From Candidatus Micrarchaeota archaeon (lineage in GTDB: Archaea; Micrarchaeota; Micrarchaeia; Norongarragalinales; Norongarragalinaceae): DNA of 64,000 nucleotides. Below are positions 9,385-18,086 of this stretch, piece by piece. The notes beneath the pieces are model-generated. The model had not been told where the DNA came from, ran no database searches, and saw only the letters and a program-made list of their open reading frames with translations. How positions within the stretch are numbered: position 1 is the first letter of the stretch; each line of letters opens with the position of its first letter. The stretch is from assembly GCA_016207165.1 (NCBI GenBank), contig JACQQD010000009.1, positions 106,660-170,659 of the forward strand. Direction: 5' to 3'. Made by a program: the position numbers and the translations under genes.

Positions 9385-10744
9385 GGTACTGCTTGTGGCC
9401 GCCATCGGACGGGGCCACGCGTTGGCTAAAAAATTTCATCAAAGCGGGGTGGAAGTCTACAGCCTCATTCCGTTTGCCAATCCAGGCATCATTTCCTGTT
9501 CCAAAGAGCACCACGTGGTGGACATCACCAATGCACAGACCGTGGCCAAACACGCCGAACGCATCGACCCGGACTATGTGTGGGTGGCGGGCGACGAATC
9601 CATTGCCGCGGGGGTGGCGGACGCCGTTCAGGAAGTGGGTGTGCCAGCCATTGCTCCGCTTAAGACCGTGGCGAGGCTGGAAAGCGACAAGGCGTTTGCC
9701 CGCGAATTCATGAAAGAGTACGTGGGGCATGCCTGTCCGCGGTTTGAATGCTTTACCGACGCGGAGTCCGCCAAAAACCACATTGACGTCGTTCCATACG
9801 ATTTCGTCATCAAACCCATGGGGTTGACCGGCGGAAAAGGCGTGAAAGTCTTGGGCAGCCAACTGAAAGACCGCGAGGAAGCCAAAGCGTACGCCGAGGA
9901 GGCCATCGCCGCCGACCGAATCGGAGGAATCGTGATTGAGGAAAAGCTGGAAGGCGAAGAATTTTCGCTTCAGTGCTTCGTGGACGGCGAGTCTTTTGCG
10001 GCCATGCCGTTGTGCCAGGACCACAAGCCCGCATATGACGGCGATTTGGGGCCCATGACGGGCGGCATGGGCACGTACACGTGCGAGGATGGACGGCTTC
10101 CCTTTGTCTCCGATGAGGAGTACGACGCGGCGTTAAACGTAGTTGAAAAAACGGTGTCCGGCGTGAAAGCAAAGACGGGCGAGGCCTTCAAAGGCGTTTT
10201 GTACGCGCAATTCATGTTGACGAGAAACGGGCCGTTTGTCATCGAGTACAACGCGCGCCTTGGGGATCCGGAAGCCATGAACGTCTTGCCGCTGATGAAA
10301 ACCAATTTCCATGACGTGTGCAAAGCCATCGTGGACGTGGAACTCGAGCGCTTCAAAGTGGAATTCGAGCCGCAAGCCTCGGTGTGCAAGTACGTGGTGC
10401 CGGAAGGCTATCCGGAACGCAAAGACCAATTCGAGTTTTCCTTGGATGAATCCAAGCTTTCCGACGTGGAGTTGTTCTATTCCGGCGTGGAACAAAAAAA
10501 CGGAAAACGCTTCACCACCGGCTCGCGGGGATTTGGCTTGACCGCCCTGGGAGCCAACGTGGCTGAAGCGTACCAGAAGGCCGAGAACGCCTTAAGCCAA
10601 TTGGACCTCAAGGGATTCCGCTACCGCAAAGACATTGCGTCCGAGGCAAGCATTGCGGCCAAGATCCAGCACATGGAATTGATTCGCGGAAGGCCGGCCA
10701 CCGTGGTTCCAGCCCCTCCGGCGTCCACCATTGAGACGGTGTAA
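9377..10744 (+). CDS. purD: Phosphoribosylamine--glycine ligase (divergent motifs)
   Basis: ATP-grasp GKGV, IEEKLEGEEFS, QDHK..YDGDLGPMTGGMG and EYNARLGDPE; ATG overlaps the purF end. Confidence 0.92.
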   Translation: MSKVLLVAAIGRGHALAKKFHQSGVEVYSLIPFANPGIISCSKEHHVVDITNAQTVAKHAERIDPDYVWVAGDESIAAGVADAVQEVGVPAIAPLKTVARLESDKAFAREFMKEYVGHACPRFECFTDAESAKNHIDVVPYDFVIKPMGLTGGKGVKVLGSQLKDREEAKAYAEEAIAADRIGGIVIEEKLEGEEFSLQCFVDGESFAAMPLCQDHKPAYDGDLGPMTGGMGTYTCEDGRLPFVSDEEYDAALNVVEKTVSGVKAKTGEAFKGVLYAQFMLTRNGPFVIEYNARLGDPEAMNVLPLMKTNFHDVCKAIVDVELERFKVEFEPQASVCKYVVPEGYPERKDQFEFSLDESKLSDVELFYSGVEQKNGKRFTTGSRGFGLTALGANVAEAYQKAENALSQLDLKGFRYRKDIASEASIAAKIQHMELIRGRPATVVPAPPASTIETV

Positions 10745-10757
10745 ACCGATTGGCCTT

Positions 10758-11153
10758 TCACGCTTGGGCGAAGTACTCCTTCATGGGCTCGAAATAGTGG
10801 TCCTTCCAACCCGCGTCGTAACTTTTCCCTTGGCCTTTGGGAATGTTCGTGTGGTCCAAAGTCACTTGGCATCCATTCGCCGTCTTTTTGATCGTGAAGA
10901 CGAGCTGGGAGTCCGGCGCGTCGTCCGGAAACTCGGAGGTTCTCCACGTCTGAACGATTTTGTTTCCCGAAACCAGCTCTGTAAAGTTTCCCCAGATGTA
11001 GCCGTCCCACGCCGTCATCTTGCCGCCGACTTTCGCGTCGATTTTCGCGGTGCCGCCCGTTGACTGGGTGTGGCCGTTGGACGTCATGTACGCGTCGTAC
11101 CACTGTTTTGGCGAAACGCCTTCAAATTCAACGGTTTGGTGCACTTCATCCAT
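10758..11153 (-). CDS. SRPBCC/AHSA1-like domain protein
   Basis: GGKMTAWDGYIWG, KIVQTWR and GWKDHYFEPMK pattern typical of AHSA1-like START-fold proteins; ATG at 11153. Confidence 0.85.
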   Translation of the reverse strand: MDEVHQTVEFEGVSPKQWYDAYMTSNGHTQSTGGTAKIDAKVGGKMTAWDGYIWGNFTELVSGNKIVQTWRTSEFPDDAPDSQLVFTIKKTANGCQVTLDHTNIPKGQGKSYDAGWKDHYFEPMKEYFAQA

Positions 11154-11559
11154 TTTTTTCAGCCTCCGGTTTTTTCCGCCGTCTGGCGTTGACGTTGGTT
11201 TCAATCAAGTCCGCAAGCAGGTCAGGGGTGATGCGGCCGTGCGTCGTGGTTTCCAATGGCGCCAACGTGAGCCAAAGAAATGGGCCTTGTTCTTCCTTTT
11301 GTAAATCAACAAGGCCTCCGCTTTTGCCTATTTTCGCTTCATAATCTGCCTTGAGGCGGCTTAAGTCAGCGTGAACTTGGTTGCGGTGGCTGACCGTGGA
11401 ATGCTCTAGAAGCACTCGAACCGGCATGCCGGCTTGGGCGTTGGCTGATTTGATTAGTCCGTTTGAAGCGTGCTGGCTTAAGAGCCCAATGAGGTCCTCG
11501 CGAAAGTTGCTGATGCTGGTTCGCTCCGTCCTGCGGGCACGGTACGATTTTGGCCTCAT
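11146..11559 (-). CDS. Hypothetical protein
   Basis: 137-aa ORF filling the gap, with its stop overlapping the next start; no recognisable family. Confidence 0.6.
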   Translation of the reverse strand: MRPKSYRARRTERTSISNFREDLIGLLSQHASNGLIKSANAQAGMPVRVLLEHSTVSHRNQVHADLSRLKADYEAKIGKSGGLVDLQKEEQGPFLWLTLAPLETTTHGRITPDLLADLIETNVNARRRKKPEAEKNG

Positions 11560-11603
11560 TTTTTTTGTTTCCTCAACTCAGTTTTTTCTTGTCTTGGTTG
11601 TTT

Positions 11604-12008
11604 TCAGATTTCACGCCTTAATTGGGTAAGAATCATAGTCCCGTCTGGATTGTCTTTTCCGGCCAGAATGTAGCCGATGCTGGCGCTTCGATGATACGTT
11701 GGCGTGTCCTCCGTTCTGACTGGGCAGACACCAAGCATTTGCCGGAGGCTTTGGCCCGTGGACGAGAGGTGTCGTATGGCTTTTCGATGCCGACTGAATG
11801 CGTTTTCGTGCGCGCTTTGAATGGCATGTACCGCATGTCCAAGACGCATCTGAATTTCATGTTCAGTAACCTTCTCGTCGTTCACCGGAACGTGCACGAA
11901 CACACCCGTTTCTTCATTGCCCACGACGTGGGCGCTTAATCCTTGTTCGCGCACTTCCTGCGCTACTTCTTGCGCAAAATTTCTTGCAGTAAAAAGACGT
12001 CGTTCCAT
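11604..12008 (-). CDS. Hypothetical protein
   Basis: ORF directly after the purM stop; start at 12008 or 12014; no recognisable family. Confidence 0.6.
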   Translation of the reverse strand: MERRLFTARNFAQEVAQEVREQGLSAHVVGNEETGVFVHVPVNDEKVTEHEIQMRLGHAVHAIQSAHENAFSRHRKAIRHLSSTGQSLRQMLGVCPVRTEDTPTYHRSASIGYILAGKDNPDGTMILTQLRREI

Positions 12009-12010
12009 GG

Positions 12011-13045
12011 TCATTCTTTTCCGTTGATGTGGACCGCGGGTGTCTTGGTGACGTGGCCAACGGTCTTGGCTTCCAGCTTGAATTTCTTGGCTTGTTTCAG
12101 CACGGCATCCGGTTCATCCGTTACCACGAGAAATCCGTTGCCCATGTTCCACGCCTTGTAGGCTTCCGATTCGGCAACGCCGCCCATTTCAATCAGGGTC
12201 TTCATGGCGTTGCAGGGCTCAAAAAGATCGGAAAGTTCTGCTCCAAGGCCGCCGGATGGCTTGAGTGCCCGCCCGAGTTTGCCGGGAATTCCTCCGCCGG
12301 TGACATGCGCCATGGCGGAGACGTGTGCCGCGGGTTGGCCGTCCACGCCGCCAAACAGGGACACGGCAAACCGCGTGTACAGCTTGGAGGGTGAAAGGAT
12401 TTGTTCGGCGAGTTTGCGGTCTTCTTCGTGCCAGTTTTTTCCAAAGTGTTTTTCCATTATTTTGCGGGCCAAACTCAAGCCGTTCGAGCGGAAGCTGTCT
12501 TCTTTCAAGGCGACGATGGCGTGGCCGGCTTTCACGGCTTTCCCGGAAATGAGGCGCTCTTTTTTTGCAAACCAGGTGCAGGAGCTGGTCCAGTTCAAGC
12601 AAAAGGATCCGAATCCGCCGACTTTGGTTCCCAGTTCCGCGATTTCGCCGTTGACCACGGCAACGCCGGCTTCAATGGCCGCCGCTTCCAGGCCTTGGGC
12701 CAACTGCAAAAGCGGTTTGGATTGGATTTGGTTGACGTCCAACACGTTGGTGACGTAAAACGGCTCGCCGCCGCGCACCACGGCGTCGTCGCACACCATG
12801 GCCAGCAAGTCAAAGCCGAGGGTGTCGAATTTTCCGAGGCGTTCGGCGACTTCCGTTTTGGTTCCAACCCCATCGACGTTCTCGCCCATGACGCAGCCCA
12901 CAGGAGGTTGAACGTAACGGAGGCCTGAAAAGTCGTCGAAACCGGTTTGCACGCGGTTTTTCCACGTGCGTTTGGCGGCGGCATAGAAGGCTTTGGAGGC
13001 TTGGTCCCCCGCTTCCACGTTCACGCCGGCATCCGAGTATTTCAT
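12011..13045 (-). CDS. purM: AIR synthase (phosphoribosylformylglycinamidine cyclo-ligase)
   Basis: MKYSDAGV, DGVGTK, SNGLSLAR, AHVTGGG and WNMGNG; ATG at 13045. Confidence 0.95.
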   Translation of the reverse strand: MKYSDAGVNVEAGDQASKAFYAAAKRTWKNRVQTGFDDFSGLRYVQPPVGCVMGENVDGVGTKTEVAERLGKFDTLGFDLLAMVCDDAVVRGGEPFYVTNVLDVNQIQSKPLLQLAQGLEAAAIEAGVAVVNGEIAELGTKVGGFGSFCLNWTSSCTWFAKKERLISGKAVKAGHAIVALKEDSFRSNGLSLARKIMEKHFGKNWHEEDRKLAEQILSPSKLYTRFAVSLFGGVDGQPAAHVSAMAHVTGGGIPGKLGRALKPSGGLGAELSDLFEPCNAMKTLIEMGGVAESEAYKAWNMGNGFLVVTDEPDAVLKQAKKFKLEAKTVGHVTKTPAVHINGKE

Positions 13046-13104
13046 GCCAAATTCCTTAGTCGATTGGATATGTAAATAAAAAGCGTCCAAGGCAATATAA
13101 GCGC

Positions 13105-16020
13105 ATGGTGGCGCATCGCATTGAAGTGGCCTACCGGTTGGATTCCCGCATCGCCCAGCGCACTGCTGGCTTGAAGGCGTTGGGTTTCAAGGTCGAAAAC
13201 GTTCGGTTGGTGGACGTGTACACGCTTTCCCGCGACTTTTCGAGAAAGCAACTGGGGAAAATCGGCTCGATTCTGGCCAACCCCGTTTTTCAGGACTTCA
13301 CCGTGGACAAGGCCACGCAAACGGATTTTGATTTTGCCGTTGAAGTCGGTTTTTTGCCGGGAGTGACGGACAACGTGGGCACTACCGCCCAGGAAATGAT
13401 TGAGGACGCGTTGAAGGCCAAGTTCAAGCCCGGCGAAGCAGTGCACAGCTCGCAATTGTTCTTGTTTGACGGCGACTCCAAACAGGCCAAGGCTATTGGA
13501 TTGGAGTTGGCCAATCCGCTCATCCAGCGCATCCACGCCAAGACGCGGCAAGGGTACGGTCAAGCGGGCATGGACGTGGTGGTGCCGAAAGTCAAACTCG
13601 ACGAGTTGCTCAAAGCGGAACGCGTTGACTTGGAATTGGATGACGAAGCCCTGGCGGAATTGGGCAAGAAAGGCATTTTAGACCCTAAAACAGGGGTGCG
13701 CCGCGGGCCCTTGGCGCTGGATTTGCCGTACTTGCATGCCATCCGCGATTACTTTCTTAAACAGGGGCGCAAGCCCACGGACGTGGAACTGGAGTCCTTG
13801 GCTCAGACGTGGAGCGAGCACTGCAAGCACACCATTTTCGCGGCCGCCATGGACGACGACGTGCCAGAGGGGTTGTACAAGACGTACATTCAGGGGGCCA
13901 CCCGCGCCGTGCGGAAAAAGAAGGGAAAAAACGATTTTTGCGTGTCGGTGTTTTCAGACAACTCCGGCGCCATTGTGTTTGACGAGGAATTTCTCGTCAC
14001 GCACAAAGTGGAAACCCATAACTCTCCGTCTGCCCTGGATCCCTTTGGCGGGGCCATTACCGGCATCGTGGGCGTGAACCGGGACACCATTGGCTTTGGT
14101 TTGGGCGCCAAGCCGGCCATTAACGTCTACGGTTTTTGTTTTGGGAATCCGCAATCCAAGCCGCAGCTGTACCGGGGCAAGAACAAGGCCGACCCCGCCA
14201 TTGCGCCGCGGCGCGTCATGGAAGGCGTGGTGCGGGGCGTGAACGCGGGAGGCAACCAATCCGGCATTCCCACGCCCCAAGGATTTTGTTATTTTGACGA
14301 CCGGTACGCCGGAAAGCCGCTGGTGTTCGTTGGAACGGTGGGCGTCATGCCTTGCAAGATAAACGGCAGGAAGCTCTACGTGAAAAAAGCGGAGCCCGGC
14401 GATGTCATCGTCATGGTCGGCGGACGCGTTGGAAAAGACGGCATTCACGGCGCCACGTTTTCTTCCGAGGCAATGGATTTTGGCAGTCCGGCAACCTCGG
14501 TGCAGATTGGCGACCCCATCACCCAGAAAAAGCTTTCCGATGCCTTGGTCAAGGAGGCTCGCGACTTGGGGTTGTACCACAGCATCACGGACAACGGAGC
14601 AGGCGGCTTATCGTGTTCGGTGGCGGAAATGGCCAAGGAATGCAACGGGTGTTTCGTGGAATTGGACAAGGTGCCGTTGAAGTACCCCGGCATGGCTCCG
14701 TGGGAAATCTGGATTTCCGAGTCCCAGGAGCGGATGACGGTCGCGGTGCCACAAGAAAAACTCGAGGCGTTCATGGACTTGATGCAGCGGCGGGGCGTGG
14801 AGGCCACCGCCATTGGGTCGTTCACCAATTCCGGGCGGTGCGTGGTGGCGTACCACGGTGAAACCGTGATGGATGTTGGGTTAGGGTTTTTGCACGATGG
14901 ATTGCCCAAAAAACACTTGCATTCCACGTTCAAGCCACTCAAGCACCCCGAGCCCAAGCCTTCAGCGAAAAAGGACTTCGGGAAAACGCTTTTGTCGATG
15001 CTCTCGCGCAAGAACATCGCGTCCACGGAATTTGTTTCAACCCAGTACGACCACGCCGTTCAAGGAGGTCTTGTGGTTGGACCCCTCCAAGGAAAAGGCC
15101 GGGTACAGGGTCAGGCGAGTTTGACGAAAGTGGTGCTGGGCTCGAAAAAAGCGGTGGCGTTGTCCCAGGCCACTTACCCGCGGTACTCCGACATTGACGC
15201 ATACCACATGGCCTGCGCGGGCATTGATTCGGCTATTCGGAATTTGGTGGCGTTGGGCGCTGACCCCGAAAAAATCGCGTTGCTTGACAACTTCTGCTGG
15301 TGTTCGTCAAATGAACCGACTAGGCTTGGGCAACTCAAGCGCGCGGTGAAGGCCTGTTACGACGCGGCCACCGCGTTTGAAGCGCCGTTCATCTCCGGAA
15401 AGGACAGCATGTTCAACGATTTTTTGGGTTTTGACGGAAAAAACAATCCCGTGAAAATCTCGATTCCCCCGACTCTGCTTGTGTCCTCCATGGCGGTCGT
15501 GGATGACGCGGAAAAAGCGGTGACTTTGGACTCCAAAGTGGATGGGGATACCGTGTACGTGGTGGGGCCCACGAAAAACGAGACGGGGGGTTCGGAGTAC
15601 TTTGCGTGGCTGGGCTACTTGGGAAACCGGGTTCCAGAAGTGGATTTTGCCGCCAACAAGAAGCGTTATGAACGGTTCCATCAAGCCGTCCAAAAAGGCT
15701 TGGTCGCTTCGGCGTACCCCTTGGGCTTGGGGGGATTGGGCGTGGCGTTGGCCAAGACGGCCATCGCCGGAAAGTTGGGTTTGGACCTTGACGTCCAAAC
15801 AGGCTTGAAACCCGACGAGTGGCTGTTCTCGGAGTCGCAAGGCCGTTTGCTGGTGACTTTGGACCCCAAAAACGTTGAAGCGTTTGAAAAGATCATGGGT
15901 TCCGACGCCGTGAAAATCGGGAAAGTCGGCGGCACGCGGTTGAGGGTCAACGACTGGCTGGACGTGGGCGTGGACGCGTTGGAGTCCGCGTACAAACAGG
16001 TGTTCTCCCATGGTGGATAA
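13105..16020 (+). CDS. purL: FGAM synthase subunit PurL with fused N-terminal PurS-like region
   Basis: QTWSEHCKH, KVETHNSPS, DGIHGA, DNGAGG, SESQERM and ISGKDS; about 200-aa N-terminal extension containing LPGVTDNVG. Confidence 0.96.
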   Translation: MVAHRIEVAYRLDSRIAQRTAGLKALGFKVENVRLVDVYTLSRDFSRKQLGKIGSILANPVFQDFTVDKATQTDFDFAVEVGFLPGVTDNVGTTAQEMIEDALKAKFKPGEAVHSSQLFLFDGDSKQAKAIGLELANPLIQRIHAKTRQGYGQAGMDVVVPKVKLDELLKAERVDLELDDEALAELGKKGILDPKTGVRRGPLALDLPYLHAIRDYFLKQGRKPTDVELESLAQTWSEHCKHTIFAAAMDDDVPEGLYKTYIQGATRAVRKKKGKNDFCVSVFSDNSGAIVFDEEFLVTHKVETHNSPSALDPFGGAITGIVGVNRDTIGFGLGAKPAINVYGFCFGNPQSKPQLYRGKNKADPAIAPRRVMEGVVRGVNAGGNQSGIPTPQGFCYFDDRYAGKPLVFVGTVGVMPCKINGRKLYVKKAEPGDVIVMVGGRVGKDGIHGATFSSEAMDFGSPATSVQIGDPITQKKLSDALVKEARDLGLYHSITDNGAGGLSCSVAEMAKECNGCFVELDKVPLKYPGMAPWEIWISESQERMTVAVPQEKLEAFMDLMQRRGVEATAIGSFTNSGRCVVAYHGETVMDVGLGFLHDGLPKKHLHSTFKPLKHPEPKPSAKKDFGKTLLSMLSRKNIASTEFVSTQYDHAVQGGLVVGPLQGKGRVQGQASLTKVVLGSKKAVALSQATYPRYSDIDAYHMACAGIDSAIRNLVALGADPEKIALLDNFCWCSSNEPTRLGQLKRAVKACYDAATAFEAPFISGKDSMFNDFLGFDGKNNPVKISIPPTLLVSSMAVVDDAEKAVTLDSKVDGDTVYVVGPTKNETGGSEYFAWLGYLGNRVPEVDFAANKKRYERFHQAVQKGLVASAYPLGLGGLGVALAKTAIAGKLGLDLDVQTGLKPDEWLFSESQGRLLVTLDPKNVEAFEKIMGSDAVKIGKVGGTRLRVNDWLDVGVDALESAYKQVFSHGG

Positions 16021-16807
16021 GGCGCTGATTTTCAGCGGGTACGGCGTGAACTCCGAAATGGAGTCCGCCGTTGCCCTCCAGCGCGCGGGAATGGCGTCGG
16101 ACGTCGTGCACGTCAACGACGTGATTGCAAAGCGCGTCAAGCTCAACGATTACCGGATGCTGGTGTTGCCCGGCGGTTTCTCGTACGGCGACGACACGGG
16201 GTCCGGCAACGCGTACGCCTGGCGGCTGCGCAACAACGTGTGGGACGAACTGCTTGAGTTTCTCGACGGCGACAACCTGGTCTTGGGCATCTGCAACGGG
16301 TTTCAAATCCTTGTAAACTTGGGGTTGCTGCCGGCGTTTGGCAAGAAGCGCGAGCGGACCGCCGCGCTCATGCCCAATCAAAGCGGCGTGTTCCAGTGCC
16401 GTCCAGTAACCCTCAAACCCGCGTCCGAATCGTTCTGGACCCGCGGAATTGAGCGCGTGGATTGCCCGGTGGCGCACGGCGAAGGCAACTTCTATTGTTC
16501 TGCCGGGGATTTGAAGCGTTTGGAAGAAAAAAAGTTGGTGGCGTTCCGGTACGTCAAGCCGGACTTGACTTTGGCCAACCGCGAGTTTCCGTTCAACCCC
16601 AACGGCGCGCTTTCTGACATTGCCGGAATTTTGTCGGAGGACCGAAAAGTCTTGGGTTTGATGCCGCACCCCGAGCGCGCCATGGAATCCATTCAGTTGC
16701 GCGACGGTTTTCTGCAAAAAGAGTTGGCGCGTCGCGCGGGAAAGCGCCTTTCCATGGAATCCCACAACCTGCAGTTGTTCCGCAACGCCGTGAACTACTT
16801 CAAGTAG
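16010..16807 (+). CDS. purQ: FGAM synthase glutaminase subunit
   Basis: PGGFSYGD, LGICNGFQ, AHGEG, NPNG and MPHPER. Confidence 0.97.
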   Translation: MVDKALIFSGYGVNSEMESAVALQRAGMASDVVHVNDVIAKRVKLNDYRMLVLPGGFSYGDDTGSGNAYAWRLRNNVWDELLEFLDGDNLVLGICNGFQILVNLGLLPAFGKKRERTAALMPNQSGVFQCRPVTLKPASESFWTRGIERVDCPVAHGEGNFYCSAGDLKRLEEKKLVAFRYVKPDLTLANREFPFNPNGALSDIAGILSEDRKVLGLMPHPERAMESIQLRDGFLQKELARRAGKRLSMESHNLQLFRNAVNYFK

Positions 16808-16810
16808 GCG

Positions 16811-17323
16811 TCAGTCGCCGGGCCGGCCCACGCCGTGAAGTTCGACGCGGTGGCCGAGTTTTTCCAAGAACTCTTTCAACCAGGTGGCCGTGGCTTTAGC
16901 CAAGCCGGGGTCTTGAGGGAATTTTTTCGTCAATGCGTACTCGGATTCCCGTGCGGCTCGGTCCAGGATCAACGTTTCCAGTAGCGCGACGTTGCCCGCA
17001 ATTTTTTGAGGGGACGCGGCGTTTTTTTGTTGTTCTTTGAGCCGTGAAACAATGTTTTCAGTTTCAATGCGGCTGTTGAGTGCATCCAGCGAGGGGTACC
17101 GCTTAGTGGTTTGGCTTGTTCTCTCGGTCGTGAACTGTTGGTGGGGTTCCAGTAACCCATTGATGGCCTCTTTTAGCACCTCGGCATTGGCTTCATCCAA
17201 GGCGTCCGCGCCGTGGCCGACTACTTTTACTTCGTAGTCACCTGCTCTCCAAGAATTTCTGGACTGGCTTTGGGCTGGCTTGAGCCGTGCCAGTTCGTTG
17301 ACTTCCACGTGAAAAAAAGCCAT
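16811..17323 (-). CDS. Hypothetical protein
   Basis: 170-aa ATG ORF 8 nt after the ACT-protein gene, convergent on purQ. Confidence 0.6.
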   Translation of the reverse strand: MAFFHVEVNELARLKPAQSQSRNSWRAGDYEVKVVGHGADALDEANAEVLKEAINGLLEPHQQFTTERTSQTTKRYPSLDALNSRIETENIVSRLKEQQKNAASPQKIAGNVALLETLILDRAARESEYALTKKFPQDPGLAKATATWLKEFLEKLGHRVELHGVGRPGD

Positions 17324-17331
17324 TACTTTTT

Positions 17332-18000
17332 TTACTCCGGTTTGGACGTTCTTTTTTCAGGGTGGCACAATTCAAAAAGAACGCGGTACGCGTTCAGGAC
17401 GTCTTTTTCTTCTACAAAGAGAAGCATTTCCGGCACGCAACTCATCAACTCGTACATGTTGATGTGGTTTCGAGCCAGTTCCATGCAAAGCACGTACATG
17501 ATGCCCGGCGTGGTCACGGCGTCCGGATGCAAATGCATGTTGATTTCCGCGAGGCCGCGTTGCACCTTCAAGACGTTTTTCCGGGGGATGAGGTCCAGCA
17601 TTTTTTCCGCGTTTTTCTCGTCCACCAACAGCTTGATGGATTCTTCGCCTTGCACGATGCGCAACGTCTCGCCCCGCTCGTACTGCACCAAGGAGAACAA
17701 CTTGGGCAAGACTTTCTGGGTTTCCTCGCCTTTAGTCAGTGCGATGTTGACGATGTGGCTTTTCGTGGAAATGTTGGAGTGGCGGATGACGTTTCGGGCG
17801 TTGTCCTGCCACTGCGGCGTCTTGCTTTGCTTGGGGTAGCGGCGGATGGCGGAAATCAGGGCGTCCTCGTTGCCGGCGATGCCGTTTTTTTGGCAGTGCC
17901 GCGCCAGGGCCCGCATGTTGACTAAGCCCCGCGACAAGTCCAATTGGATGGAGGGGTCTGCGTCGATGAGCTTCCACACCGAATCCCTAATATTTGTCAT
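17332..18000 (-). CDS. ACT-domain-containing putative regulator (N-terminal HTH-like region)
   Basis: DLSRGLVNMRALAR..ALISAIRR N-terminal region and C-terminal TPGIMYVLCMELARNHINMYELMSC ACT pattern; divergent from leuA. Confidence 0.8.
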   Translation of the reverse strand: MTNIRDSVWKLIDADPSIQLDLSRGLVNMRALARHCQKNGIAGNEDALISAIRRYPKQSKTPQWQDNARNVIRHSNISTKSHIVNIALTKGEETQKVLPKLFSLVQYERGETLRIVQGEESIKLLVDEKNAEKMLDLIPRKNVLKVQRGLAEINMHLHPDAVTTPGIMYVLCMELARNHINMYELMSCVPEMLLFVEEKDVLNAYRVLFELCHPEKRTSKPE

Positions 18001-18060
18001 TTTGATGTCTAATGTGTCACTTATTTATATTTTTTGCCTTTTTTGTCACAATTTATAAAT
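17995..18060. promoter_or_regulatory. Divergent promoter region (ACT regulator / leu operon) with repeated TGTCA motifs
   Basis: TTTATAAA at 18052-18059 upstream of leuA and TTTATAT near 18025; TGTCA at 17995, 18015 and 18044, with variants at 18006 and 18035. Confidence 0.6.
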
Positions 18061-18086
18061 AGGGGTGGGCCGCCAGAAAAAAGGGT

